A DNA stretch of 64,000 nucleotides from the human T2T-CHM13v2.0 reference genome, Homo sapiens (GCF_009914755.1 NC_060932.1), one strand, 5' to 3'. Positions 31,626 to 46,230 are shown, counted from the first letter of the stretch. A program made the numbers and translations. The notes: generated from the sequence alone by a model not told the origin.

Positions 31626-31970
31626 GGATGGCGGCCCCAACTCCTGTAGGAGCAGATTGCTGTCCCCTGCCTTGCCAGGGTCAGGGTCTGGGCTGGGAGC
31701 CTGACTTGGGTGGGGAGGGCCAGGGCCTTGGGCAGGACAGGGCAGGGTGGCTTGTCACCTGTGTGAAGATGAAGGAGCCCTTATCTGCCTGCACTCTCAT
31801 CCAGTTTTTTAGGATTAAAGAGTTTGGGACTCTTGTGGGGGAGTGGGTAGCAGGTGGGGGTGGGCTGCTGCAGTGAATCTCTGCCTCTCCAAGGCTGTTC
31901 CCCTCCTCCAGGGCCTCCTGGGGGGATCTTTGTACTTTGAGTCAATTAAAAATATGAACTAAAAAGAAAA
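31626..31970 (+). pseudogene. Retrocopied mRNA 3'UTR-like fragment (parent unconfirmed)
   Basis: GC-rich non-repeat tract ending in ATTAAA (31945-31950) and a short A-tail (31961-31970), located inside an Alu. Confidence 0.7.
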
Positions 31971-31973
31971 TTT

Positions 31974-32146
31974 GGGAAGTGATTTCAGAATTAGGAAACT
32001 TCTGTTTCCCTGTGCTTTGAATTTTGAGGGGTTTCGTGCAAAGCTGAGACAGAAAGGCTGCTAGTAATGGTTGCTGTCTGGATATGAAATGCAATTTGTA
32101 CATGAAAATGCAGTTTTATTCAGCTGTGGAAGAAATGCATTACTGA
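31974..32146 (+). repeat. Templated copy of 33305-33431 plus 33760-33802
   Basis: About 13 differences over 128 bp and 6 over 43 bp by manual alignment. Confidence 0.9.
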
Positions 32147-33659
32147 GCTATGATCACGACACTGCACTTCAACCTGGGTGACAGAGCAAGACCCTGTCTC
32201 AAAAATTAAAAATAAAAATAAAAAATATTGCCTAGCCCATTGGAGGTACTCAAAATTGTTTGATGAAGGGATGAATAATTAATAAGCAATTTCACTTTTA
32301 AAATTAAAATAACGATTTATACAATAAGTGCTTTTCTATGGGAAAGCACCTTTTCCATAGAAGACACTGTTTTTTTTTTTCTTTTTCTTTCCTTTTTTTA
32401 TAATAGGAATATGTTTATTATTGCAAATATTTTTCTCCGTGTCCTCAGTTTTTAAATATACATTATTGGTCATTTCCAAACTCAAGGTCAGCAGATACTG
32501 ATTTTCCATATACTTGGGTTAATGCAAATATGTGAACTTCGTGTAAGTCACGTTGATAATTTCACCTTTGATTTGATTTCACTCTATCTTCAATTTCTTC
32601 ACTCTATGATGGCTACTAAGTGTTTATAATAAAATGTTCCTTAAGACTTGAAAAGTTGTTTCTGCCATGCTGGTAAAATAGCCATTTTGAAAATAAATAT
32701 TCTCACAATGTTAAAGAACTGTATTATAAATAATGTTATTGTTATTGTTTTTGTTTTGTTTTATTAACCTTTGTTTCCCAGGTTTCCCTCTAGTAATTGG
32801 TTCTCGTGAAATTTGATGGATTTTAGGACTAAAGTTTACTAAAGTATGAATAATATTCTAGCATTGGTTTCACAGAAAGATTTGGTGTTCATTTGCATTT
32901 ATTCTCCAGAAGCTAGGTTTTATGTCACGTTCACGCATATTGTTACTTAGCTAAGAAACAAAAACCATGCAACTTAATTTCTTCTGCAAAACAGCATTAT
33001 TTGGAAATGCAAGGAAGTTGTATTCGGTACGGCTTGACAACATGTTCCACTTTTGCAGGAGGTTTTTGTGTTTTGCAATCAGTGCTAAGAAAAAGAGTAA
33101 GGTCCAAAGCAGGTCTGTTATCGTTTTCAACTACCTGTAAAGATTTCTCAAACTGAGGTCTCACAATAGTGAGAAATGTGTAGATAATTAGAAAATATTT
33201 ATCTTCAATTTATTTTTTCCAATGGGTTTTCCTTCCTGGTTGTGATTGTTACTGACTTTTTTCCAAAAAAAAAGATATGTTTACTGGGCTTACACTGATT
33301 CAAGGGGAAGTGATTGCAGAATTAGGAAACTTCCATTTCTCTGGGCTTTGAATTTCGAGGGGTTCATGCCAAATTGAGACAGAAAGACTGCTAGTAATGG
33401 TTGCTGTCTGGATATGAAATGCAATCTGTACCAGCTTACCAGTCAGAGTGCTTACTGTGTGTTTAGGACACTTCCAGCTGTCTTCTTTACTAAACTTTAT
33501 GTTCTAGGTTGCATTTACCATAGATTAGCTTCTATGTTCATTTTAATCTAACTCACATAAAATGGCTAGATTCGGAAGAGGAGGTTTTCTATTTTCTCTA
33601 AGCATAGATGTGTCCTGGGTAGATAAAAGAGCCTTGCATTAAGAACCAAAAGAACCTAG

Positions 33660-34255
33660 CAGGTCCTGTTCATAGCAGCACTATTCACAATGGCCAAAAT
33701 GTGGAGACAGCAGAAATGTTCATCGGCAGACAAGAGATAAACAAATTGTAGTATACACAGAAAATGCAATATTATTCATCTATGGAAAAAATGCAGTACT
33801 GATATATGCTACAATGTGAATGAACATCCAAAACATTATACTAAGTGAAAGAAGCTAGACACAAAATACCACGTACTGTGTGATTTCATTTATATGGAAG
33901 GTCCAAAATAGATAAATCCATACAGAGACAACACAGATGGGTGGTTGCCAGGGGAAAGGGGGAGAAACTGCTTAGTAGGCAAGAGTTTGACTTTGGAGAG
34001 ACAAAAATGTTTTTTTTTTTTTTTTTTTTTGAGACGGAGTCTCGCTCTGTCGCCCAGGCTGGAGTGCAGTGGCGGGATCTCGGCTCACTGCAAGCTCCGC
34101 CTCCCGGGTTCACGCCATTCTCGACAAAAATGTTTTGAAACTAGACATAGGTGGCGCTTCACAACATTTTGAATGCACTAAATATCAATGAATTGCTCAC
34201 TAAAAATGATTAATTTTGTTATGTGAATTTTACCTTAATAAATTATTTTTAAATG
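33660..34255 (+). mobile_element. L1MB 3' end
   Basis: tgttcatagcagcactattcacaatggccaaaa, ctaagtgaaagaagctagacacaaaa, ttatgtgaattttacctt. Confidence 0.88.
34010..34122 (-). mobile_element. 5'-truncated AluYa5-like insertion
   Basis: Appears undiverged with CpGs intact, gagatcccgccac diagnostic, pure ~21-nt tail, perfect 14-bp TSD gacaaaaatgtttt. Confidence 0.9.
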
Positions 34256-34767
34256 ATACACGTGAAAGAGAAATGGACATTTAAAAATTATTCAACGTAT
34301 TTAATCAATATCAATGCAAAGGCCAACAATCAGATGCAAATTCTACTTAAAATTTGTTCATATGTTCCAAAATGCCTTTTTCCATCAGCCAGAAGAATTG
34401 TGCCAAGAGGAAATGAATTATTTCATTTCAACTGAGCTCTCTTAACACCAGACACTTAAAAAAAAAGGACGTCAACTTATTGGGTTAAGTGGCCAGAGGA
34501 GAAAAAGAAGGAAGGTTGGAGAATGAGAGACTTATGCATTCTCCACATATTTTCCTGCTCCCTTCCTGAAGCATGTTATGCTCATGGTCTCAGCAATGTT
34601 TCTTCATGGGAATACATGTGCTGAAAATGATTGGGATATCAGGGATCCTTCTTGGATGATAGCGTGACTATAACAAGACTCCATTTTAAGTTGCTTGGTC
34701 AACAGAGAAATGCATAGCAGCTGGATCATTTGAACTCACATGAAGCAAATAAACTACATTCTGCTAT

Positions 34768-35160
34768 TGTGGTTAATTTTATGTGTCTACTTGGTTAGAA
34801 TATGGTGCCCAGTTGTTTGGTCAAACATTAGCCTAGATGTCGCTGTAAAAGTATTTTTTAGACGTGATTAACAATTATCATTAGCTGACTTTAAGTAAAG
34901 CAGATTACCCTATACAATGTGAGTGGGTCTCATCCAATTAGTTGAAAGCCTTAAGAACAAAGACTGAGGTTTCTAAGAAAGAAACAGGGAGTTCTCCCTC
35001 TAGTCTGCAACATAGAAATTCTGCTCAAATTTCCAGCCTTTGGATTCAAGACTACAATATTGACACTTGCCTCAAATTCTAGGCTGCTAGGCTGACCTAC
35101 AGATTTTAGACTCACCAGCTCCTCAATCATATGAGCAGGTTGTTTAAAACAAAACTCACA

Positions 35161-35213
<53 letters not shown>

Positions 35214-35278
35214 AAGAAAGATAGATAGATAGATATCCTATTGGATTCTCTTTCTCTGGAGAGCCCTGGCTGATAACA
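34768..35278 (+). mobile_element. MLT2 (ERVL) solo LTR
   Basis: tgtggttaattttatgtgtc...gactttaagtaaagcagattaccct...cctattgg.ttct.tttctctggagagccctg. Confidence 0.88.
35161..35235. repeat. (GATA)n compound tetranucleotide STR
   Basis: About 13 perfect units, GAAA interruption, then 4 more. Confidence 0.96.
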
Positions 35279-35284
35279 ACAGAT

Positions 35285-35746
35285 TCAAGGCAGGGGAGCA
35301 CTCAAATTAGAACTTAGCCTTAGGAAGGTTGTTGACTTCTCCCAAGAAAGAATTCAAGGGCAAGCTGGTGGTGACAGAAAGCATCTATTATTGAACCAAT
35401 GCTGTTCTTCGTAAAGCAGAGTTAACCCATAGGCAGTGCGCGCAGAGTCAGCACCAGTGGGCTGTAGCTTGCTGTATTTATACCTACTTTTGATTACATG
35501 CGAATTAAGGGGGGATACTCAGAAATCTCTAGAAAAGGGGTGATAACTTCTGAGTCATTGTCATGGCATTTGTATACTGTCATGTTGCTAGTGGGAGTGT
35601 AGCTCATTATGCTAATGAGCAGGGAGGACAACTAGAGGTCACTTTTGTAGCCATCTGCCTTTTTCATTGCACCATGTTTCAACCACAACCTGTTCTGGTC
35701 AGCAGGGTCACTGCTGGAAAACAAATCCTGCCGGTCTCCTGCCTCA
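35285..35746 (-). mobile_element. ERV1 MER4-group LTR (MER50/MER66-like)
   Basis: aagaaagaattcaagggcaagctggtggtg, cccataggcagtg, ctagaaaaggggtgataacttctgagtc, ends ctcctgcctca. Confidence 0.72.
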
Positions 35747-36423
35747 CAACCACTTAAGCATCCTCCACCCACAACCCACCACCTTAAACGGATCTCGGGC
35801 ACTATTCCTGACTATTAAAAGAGGGCTGCTACCACCTGGTTAATATCCCCCCTAAGTCCACTATATCAGAAACTAAGGGATTAGCCCTCACAGGTTTATT
35901 TGCCATTAGACTCACTCCGAGAAACCAGGGCTTAATTTTACTGTTCCCTGATTCATACTCTGTAATGAGACAAGGTTTAACAATTCCAAGAATCACAGAC
36001 CGCTGGTGTCATCAGGTCTCAAAGATAGAACAAAATTATGGCATGCTGTAAACCAAACTATAGTCAATAGCAAAACAGATTCAATGTAATGTTAATTCCT
36101 CAAAGAAAATAAATTACAATAGTCAGAAGGAAGAAACCGATAGCTGTTGTCTTTTCATTATCTTCCAAGATGGGAAAATAACAAACAGAATTTTTGAAAT
36201 ATCCTGTACACAGCCTGGATCAAATGAATTTGGAAATAGCCAGTTTTATTTCATCTTATTCCAGGAAGACGGAATCTATATAACACAGGCATGTCAGGCA
36301 AAAGCAAGCATCTGCACTTACGTGTGCTGTGCAGTAACACATGCAGCTTCCTCAAGGCAAATAAACTTCATTTTTCTCTCGGCCTCTTATAAATAATAAA
36401 TAAAGAGAAAAAATATGGTTCTT

Positions 36424-36754
<331 letters not shown>

Positions 36755-36968
36755 CTATAATTAAGGAGAAAAGTTTTTTTGTTTTTTTTGTTTTGTTTGT
36801 TTTTGTTTTATTTATTTTTTTGCCTGAGATGCTCAGTGTTATTAGTAGTTGGGAAAACGTAAATTAGAAAAATTATAAATGATCATGCATCAGATTTGTA
36901 AACATTAAAACATTATAACAACCAGTGATAACCAGGATATGGTAAAACTAATAAAATTGACACTTTCA

Positions 36969-37366
<398 letters not shown>

Positions 37367-37888
37367 TTACAATGCATTCTTGATGCAACAATCCCACTGG
37401 AAAAGGGAGGCATGAGAATATGAGGATTTATGACCACAGGTATTTATGGAAGCTTATGTGTAATTATTTTTTAAAAGAAACAAACCTGAAAATAGCCTAT
37501 ATGTCTGCAAAGAGACAATGGTTGGATAAATTAGGATATCCACCCTATAAACTATAAGCATCGATTAAAAGTAAAGTTATATCTCCTTGCATCAGTGTTA
37601 AGGGCTGTTCATGAAACCAACTCAAGTGAAAAGTAAGAAGCAGAGAGATGTACAGGGTGTGAACTCATTTTTATTTTAAAAACCTATATTTGGGTATAAC
37701 ATGTTTGTGCACCTGTGTTTGCACAGAGCATATGCACAAGAATACACATTCAAGTGCCAACTTAACTTCAGATGAGATGGAATTGCACATGGGCGTTGGG
37801 GAGGGTGTGGATAAGATTGTTCATGCTTCATTTTTAGGCTTCTGTATTGTTTGATTTTGTGTTGCTTCTATGCTTTTTTATTTTCAGT

Positions 37889-38348
37889 ATATTAGGATGT
37901 GTTGACATCTTAAAAACCTTTCTGGCTGGGGAGACACTGCCCTTCCCAGAGCTAGTCAGTTCTTAGAGACAGCAAAGGTCAGCCAGGAAGAGCACGCCCA
38001 TATTATTCAAACTAACCAATCCAGAGCCACCACCCTCCTCCATCCAACCCCTCCAGCTCAGGAGGTGGCACTCCTCTGCCTTAATCATCCCAGGAGAAGT
38101 ACCAGGCAATTAGGACCACCCCTATAACCTATAGCCTAGAGCTGCTGAAATTTTTCCAATTAGCCAGTCGTAAATTGTTTCCCCTCCCTGCCTTGACTTT
38201 CCCGCAGAAGTCTAATAAGGCTGTAGCCTCCACGTTCGCCCTGCTCCTGTGTTCTACCTCCTGACCACCCTGAGGCTTCCCCACATGACCCTTCATGACC
38301 TGCCATACCTCCTATCTCTTGAGCCTGTGAGTATAATATGTAGTCTTT
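37889..38348 (+). mobile_element. ERVL-class LTR (MER54/MER74-like)
   Basis: gagacactgcccttcccagagctag.cagttcttagagacagcaaa...caaactaaccaatccagagcc. Confidence 0.7.
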
Positions 38349-38752
38349 TGCCAGACACAGTGGCTCACTCCTGTAATCCCAGCCCTTTGCGTCTGGGGTA
38401 TTTCTGAGATTCCATGATGAAAATCAAACCTATAGGTGTGTCAAAGGAAAGCACGACTCAACATTGAGGAGACAGCTCTGTGGCCCTTCTCTGGGACAGG
38501 CAGCACTTCACCATCACACTCCGAATCCCAGGGTAGGACTGCGAAAGGCAAGAATTTGACTTTATCATCCTCATCCTTCATCCTTCCTCCCTCCTGTTCT
38601 TTCCATCCTCTCTCTGTCCTCCCTCCCTTGTTTCTAGCATTCCTGTTTAGCCTTCTGTTTCAGGTACCAGTCCAGATGGGTGGAAATCTCCTGTGATGTG
38701 TAACTCACAGGCAGTGATACATACATTCTCATCATAGCTTTCAAAAATCATA

Positions 38753-39107
38753 GGCCAATCTCAGTGGCTCACACTGTAATCCCAGCACTTTAGAAGGCTG
38801 AGGCAGGTGGATCATTTGAGGTCAGGAGTTTAAGACCAGCCTGGCCAAAATGGTAAAACCCTCTCTCTGCAAAAATACAAAAATTAGTCAAGCGTGGTGG
38901 CGAGTGTCTGTAATCCCAGCTAATTGGGAGGCTGAGGCACGAGAATCACTTCAACCCAGGAGGTGGAGGTTGCAGTGAGCCAAGACCATGTCACTGCACT
39001 ACAGCCCGGTTGACAGAGCAAGACTCCATCTAAGAAAGAAGAAGAAAAGAAAGAAAGAATGAAAGAAAGAAAGAGAGACAGAGAGAGAGAGACAGAGAGA
39101 GAGAGAG

Positions 39108-39165
<58 letters not shown>
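38753..39165 (+). mobile_element. AluS with expanded GA/(GAAA)n tail
   Basis: Dimer followed by ~135 bp purine tract. Confidence 0.94.
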
Positions 39166-39166
<1 letters not shown>

Positions 39167-40030
39167 ATCAAAAACCTTTAACTTTTTTTACCAAAGTAAT
39201 AAATACGGACATTTCAGGTACCAGATCAAGGAAGGCCAGAGAGAGAAGGAACCAAGGACGAAGTGCATTCCCCATCTCTTTAATCGCAGTGTAGAAAAAG
39301 CCGTCTCTGGTGCAAGGCTCTCAAAGGACGAGAGCCAGACAAGGGTTCAGGTCTGAAACTACTATAAGCTGTTCACAAAAGATGGCGAAATGATCAGACT
39401 GTGTATGTGAAGAGAGAAACAGAATAAACTGATTCATGAAGGCTTCTCTCAAAGGTGCCCCTACCACCTAACTGTGCCCCTCTCCATTAAGTACTCGATG
39501 TATAACACTATTTCATCAGAAGAAGCATGAGATGCTGGTGGAGACGTTTAATTTTAGCCTCTCATTCTTTCCTTTAAGTATGATTCAGCCAATTTGTTTC
39601 AGGCTTTTGGCTTCATTTGAGGAAGCAGATGTTTAACCTCCTGTTCCTTGAGCTAGTAATCTCTATAATTAAGAGTTTTGAAAGAATACTGGAAGGGGTA
39701 CAACCTAGTTCTTGGATAAATTTATATCTGTGCGTGGGAAATCTATTTCCTTCCGATGCTTTAATTGTAATCTGGAGCGTCTACAGCATTTGTTTAGCAT
39801 TTAAATTTTAACAACAAAGCTTCACTTGAAAAAAAAATTGCAGAGATTCTTGAATGACTTCTTTCCAAGTAATCTTCTATTTTTACTTTTTTTATTTGCA
39901 ACCAGTGAATTCTTTTGGACAATTTTGAAGTATAAGTGTACATTTACTTCAATGTATAAGTCAGGCTAAGCTCAAAGTGGCTTGGCTCTGCTATATGAAT
40001 GACAAAACCCTGAAATTTCAGCAGCTTTAC

Positions 40031-40336
40031 TTCTTTAAGAGACAGGGTCTCACTCTGTCACCCAGGCTGGAGTGCAGTGGTGCAACCATAGCTCACTGCA
40101 GCCTAGAATTCTTGGACTCAAGTGATCCTCTTGTCTCAGCCTCCCAAGTAGCTGAGACTATAGACACATGCCACCATGCCAGGCTGATTTTAAATTTTTT
40201 TTTTTTTTTTTTTTTTTGTAGAGAAGGGATCTCCCTGTGTTGCCAGGCTTATCTCAAAGTCCTGGCCTCAAGTGAATCCTCCCATCTTAGCCTCCCAAAG
40301 CACTGGGATTATAGGTGTGAGCCACCACCCCCTGCC
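40031..40336 (-). mobile_element. AluJ
   Basis: Antisense; expanded T linker. Confidence 0.92.
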
Positions 40337-40354
40337 AAATTTTGGTGGTGTTAA

Positions 40355-40727
<373 letters not shown>

Positions 40728-41289
40728 GAACACAGGGCCTCCAAGGCCACTGTGGCAGGGGAAGAGAGGATAGAAGGAGTGTATGGGATCTCTTATAGAC
40801 CAAGACTTAAAGCAACTTTCGTTACTTCTCCCCAGATTCTAATGGGCAGACTTATAGCCAGCTTAACTGCAAAGGCAGCCGGGCATGTAGAAAAGTCAAG
40901 CGAGGTGTGGTCAGCATCATCAGCTTCTACGTTAGATAGAAGCATTTAAAATAAGTCTTCAAAATCGAAAAACAAGGGAGGAAGAGGATTATTTTAATAG
41001 TGCACCCTTTCTGTTTGCTTGACATGGCTTTGACACTGAATATCAGAAAGGCACTGATTCTTACACAGAACATGTGAAACACTCTCAGGTGGCTAAGTGT
41101 AGAACAGGCAGTGGGGATGGGCTGAGCCTGAAATACAGTCAAGAGTTATGCATGGCCCCTGTGAAGCGAGAGACAAAAAGAAAACAGGCAGCAAAGTTGG
41201 GGTGTGAAAGAGAGAACAATGCTCAAGGGGGACGCACTTCTGAAAGGGACAAGAGTAGTTAGATTTTCAGTTTCAGAAACTCTTTTTCA

Positions 41290-41601
41290 GGCTGGGTGTG
41301 GTGGCTCATGCCTGTAATCCCAGCAGTTTGGGAGGCCTACGCAGGTGGATCAACTGAGGTCAGGAGTTCAAGACCAGCCTGGCTGACATGGAAAAACCTC
41401 ATCTTACTAAAAATGCAAAAATGAGCTGGGTGCAGTAATGGGTGCCTGTAATCCCAGCTACTCAGGAGGCTGAGGCAAAAGGATCGCTTGAACCCTGAAC
41501 CCAGAAGGCGGAGGTTGCAGTGAGCCGAGATGGCACCATGGCACTCCAGCCTGGGCAACAGAGCAAAACTCTGTCTCAAAAAAAAAAAAAAAAAAAAAAA
41601 A
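41290..41601 (+). mobile_element. AluS
   Basis: TSD-like agaaact(c)ttttt. Confidence 0.94.
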
Positions 41602-41849
41602 GAAACTTTTTCACACGTTGATCTTTCCCTCATTCTTATTCCCTAAGATTGCCTCAATATTCCTCACTCTCCATTTCTCTACTTTACCCACTTCTCCTAG
41701 TTGGTCACCACTGGAAAAGAAAAAAGAAAAACCTTGAAAATTTAATTCAAGGGGAAAAAAAGAGGTAGATGATTAAAGACAAGTTAATGTTACCTCAATT
41801 TTTATAAGAGAAAAAGGAATATATCCAGGGACAGATAATTAAGCCTCAT

Positions 41850-42300
41850 GTCCGTGTCCGTCATGAAGGATGCCGAGATGAGTGCAATAGAGTCTCTTCC
41901 CCGAAGGAGCTCACAGTTGGGTAGGAGGAGGTGAACTGTAACTATTATACAACACGACATGAACATAAGGGCTCTATATGCAAAGCATAAGGGAAGCTTT
42001 AAAAGCACGGCAAACATTATCCGCCTGGGAGTGTGGGGTACTTATCACAAAAGTGATATTTGAATGTGTCTCAAAAAATGAGATGGGTAAAGTCAGAGAA
42101 GTTTCAACTGATACAACTTGGTCTAGAAGGGCGAGCCCAGTTGGATGTGGGAAAATGAGAGGGGCCAAAGCTAGAAATGTAGGCTGGGACTAGACTAGAG
42201 TGTGCAGGTCCCCAAAAGCCAAATTAAGATATTTGAATATTATTGGGCAAATGATAGAAAGACATCACAGGTATTAAATTAAGGGAAGGAGAATGATTCT
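41850..42300 (+). mobile_element. L2 fragment
   Basis: ggagctcacagt, gtgatatttgaatgtgtctcaaaaaatgag, gccaaattaagatatttgaatatt. Confidence 0.6.
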
Positions 42301-42559
42301 ATAGGAAGTTTCCCAAAATGGTGTTTGTAGGACAGTGTCCCTTCCCAGTGCTCTGGTCAGTATGGTTTAGGAAACATGTCATTATGGATTGCCTTCTCGG
42401 AAACTCATAAGAACATTAATGAGCATCGATATACGTTTGAGAATTTTTGAAATAAAGAAATGTGTTAAGCTTAACTCAGTATGTGCAAAATGTAGTTATT
42501 AGTCTTTTATTTGTGTGTAACAAATGACCACGTGTTTAGCGGCTTAAAATAAAGCCTGT

Positions 42560-42992
42560 GGCTGGGCACGGTGGCTCATGCCTGTAATCCCAGCACTTTG
42601 GGAGGTTTAGGCTGGAGGATCACTTGACCCCTGGATTTTGAGACTACCCTGGGCAACATGGTGAAACCTCATCTCTACAAAAAATACAAAAGAGATTTAG
42701 CCAAGTGTGGTGGTGCATGCCTGTAGTCCCACCTACTCAGGAGGCTGAGGCTGGAGGATCACTTGACCCCTGGATATTGAGACTAGCCTGGGCAACATGG
42801 TGAAACCCCATCTCTACAAAAAATACAAAAAAGATTTAGCCAGGTGTGGTGGTGCATGCCTGTAGTCCCAGCTACTCAGGAGGCTGAGGCTGGAGGATCA
42901 ATTGAGCCCAGGAGGTCGAGGCTGCAGTGAGCTGTGATTGTACCAATGCACTCCAGCCTGGGTGACAGAGCAAGACTCTGTCAAAAAAAAAA
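42560..42992 (+). mobile_element. Trimeric AluJ (139-bp internal tandem duplication)
   Basis: gctggaggatca recurs at 42611, 42750 and 42889. Confidence 0.93.
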
Positions 42993-43146
42993 GCTCTCTT
43001 AGTAGCTCACAGTTCTGCAGATCAGAAGTCTGCCACAGCATCATGGGTTTCTCAGCTCAGATTCTCACGAAGTTAAAATCAAGGTGTGGGCCAAGGGGAG
43101 TTCCTGTTCCGAGGCTCTGGGGGAAAATTCACCACCAAGCCCATTC

Positions 43147-44185
<1,039 letters not shown>

Positions 44186-44862
44186 TGATTTCACCTCTTA
44201 GAGGCCCCTTTCGCAGTATGGAGGTTTACGTTCTGGGCTGACCAGAACATATGTCTCTGTCCTTCCTTCTCTGACCAATGAGGAAAACTTTGCTTGCAAA
44301 GCATTCATGTGATTTGGTCAGGTCCACCAGGATAATCTTTCAATCTTAAAGCCAATGGATTTGAGACTTAAATCACATCTGCAAAATCCCTTCACAGCAG
44401 TAAGTAGATTAGTATTTGATTGAGAAACCAGGGTTCAGGAATCTTGGAGATCCTTCTTAAAAGTCTGCCTATCTTTTTTTTTTTTTTAATGGAAAAACTT
44501 TTAGCATATTTCAAAATTTTTAGAGGTTTTAGAGGTGCCCAGTTTAGCAAAAACTGAGTTGATGTTGTAGAAAGAACATTCTGGAGAGGGCAATGGAGGG
44601 TGGAGCCATGGGAACATGGAAATCAATTTAAAATCTACTGTGGCTATCAAAATGAGATAAAATTAGCATCTAAATTACAATTTCTTGGAGATAGAATTGA
44701 TACAACTTGATGAGCAAATAGGTAAAGTCGGCAATTGAAACAGGTTTTTAGCCTAAAAAATTGGGTCAAAAAAATTTGGTGATACCATAGCAGAAATAAG
44801 ATCTAGAAGTGGGATTGGCAAAGGGAAGATAATTAGTTTTTCATGTGTTGAGCTTGAGGTCT

Positions 44863-45556
44863 TGTGTTAGGCCATTCTTACAATGCTATAAAGAAATACC
44901 TGAGACCAGGTAATTTATGAGAAAAGAAGTTTAATTTGCTCATGGTTCTGCAGGTTGTAGAGGAAGCATAATGCTGGCATCTGCTTCTGGGGAGGCCTCA
45001 GGAAGCTTTTACTCACGGTGGAAGGTGAAGTACGAACAGGCACTTCCCACAGAGAAAGCAGAAAAGACTATATCTGGCCAGGTGCAGTGGGTTACGTCTG
45101 TAATTCCAGCACTTTGGGAGGCCAAGGCAGACAGATCACTTGAGGCCAGGAGTTTGAGACCAGCCTGAGCAACATGGTAAAACCGCATCTCTACAATAAA
45201 TATAAAAATTAGCCAGGACTGATGGTGCACACCTGTAGTCCCAGCTACTGTAGAGGCTGAGGTGGGAGTATCACTTGAACCTGGGAGTTTGAGGCTGCAG
45301 TGAGCCATGTACTCCACTGAACTCCAGCTTGGGTGAGAGAGCAAGACCCTGACTCAAAACAAAAACAAAAACAAAAAACAAAAAGCCAGATCTCATGAAA
45401 TCCCTCTCACAAGGGCAGCACCAAGAGGATGGTGCTAAACCATTCAGGAGAAGTCTGCCCCAATGATCTAATCACCTCCCACCAGGCCCCACCACCAACA
45501 CTGGGGATTTACAATTCAATGTGAGATCAGAGGGAAAACACATTCAAACTCTACCA
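44863..45556 (-). mobile_element. MST (MaLR) solo LTR split by AluJ
   Basis: tgtgttaggccattcttacaatgctataaagaaatacctgagac...ggggaggcctcaggaagctt. Confidence 0.9.
45076..45385 (+). mobile_element. AluJ
   Basis: Dimer with (CAAAAA)n tail. Confidence 0.92.
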
Positions 45557-45860
45557 AGTCTGTCGTACAGATAGGAAGAGAAAAGTTTGAACCTCTGAGG
45601 AAATATAGCAGCTGAGGATATATTTCTGGAAATCACAATGGATAAGATTTCCTCAATTTAATGAATAACAGAATGGAATAGGACGAGGATGGAGTGAAAA
45701 ACAAATTCATTAATATCCAAGCAATGTCAAGTTAAGTCCATATAATCATTTACTTATTAGGGCAGGAGAAGGGTACAGACAAATTTATCTTAATATTAAC
45801 AAAATATTTCATAGAATATTCCATGATATCCTTACATATAGATGAAAGTGACACAAGGGC

Positions 45861-46230
45861 TATATTAGTCCACTTTCACACTGCTGATAAAGACATACCC
45901 AAGACTGGGCAATTTACCAAAAATAGAGGTTTATTGGACTTAAAGTTTCACATGGCTGGGGAGGCCTCACAATCATGGTGGAAGGCAAAGAGAAGCAAGT
46001 CACATCTTTCACAGATGGCAGCAGGCAAAGAGAGAGAGAGCTCATGCAGGGGAACTCCTCTTTATGAAATGATCAGATCTCGTGAGACTTATTCACTATT
46101 ACAAAAACAGGGTGGGAAAGACTTTCCCCCATGATTCATTTATCTTCCACCTGGTCCCTCCCACAACTCATGGGAATTATGGGAGCTACAAGATGAGATT
46201 TGGGTGGGGATACAGTGCCAAACCATGTCA
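45861..46230 (-). mobile_element. THE1 (MaLR) solo LTR
   Basis: tattagtcc.ctttcacactgctgataaagacataccc...gccaaaccatgtca. Confidence 0.93.

Larger units (their letters stand above)
31400..32225 (+). mobile_element. AluJ split by a 518-bp composite insertion
   Basis: Alu runs to ...ttgagg (31625) and resumes at tgagctatgatc (32144); TSD-like tgcctggccc/tgcctagccc. Confidence 0.88.

Noticed and set aside
31628-31876. 82-aa ORF starting ATGGCG in the inserted fragment
   Set aside because: Lies in 3'UTR-like sequence inside an Alu, with no promoter context or recognisable homology.
32327-32380. Hairpin + T-run as an intrinsic terminator
   Set aside because: Rho-independent terminators are bacterial; this is primate DNA and no Pol III gene is evident upstream.
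32740-32790. Strong-looking splice acceptor (polypyrimidine tract + cccag)
   Set aside because: No open frame or clear partner donor; cannot be supported without transcript data.
39205-39430. Possible lncRNA terminal exon (cag acceptor, AATAAA) and YY1-like aagatggcg
   Set aside because: Short motifs expected by chance in 64 kb.
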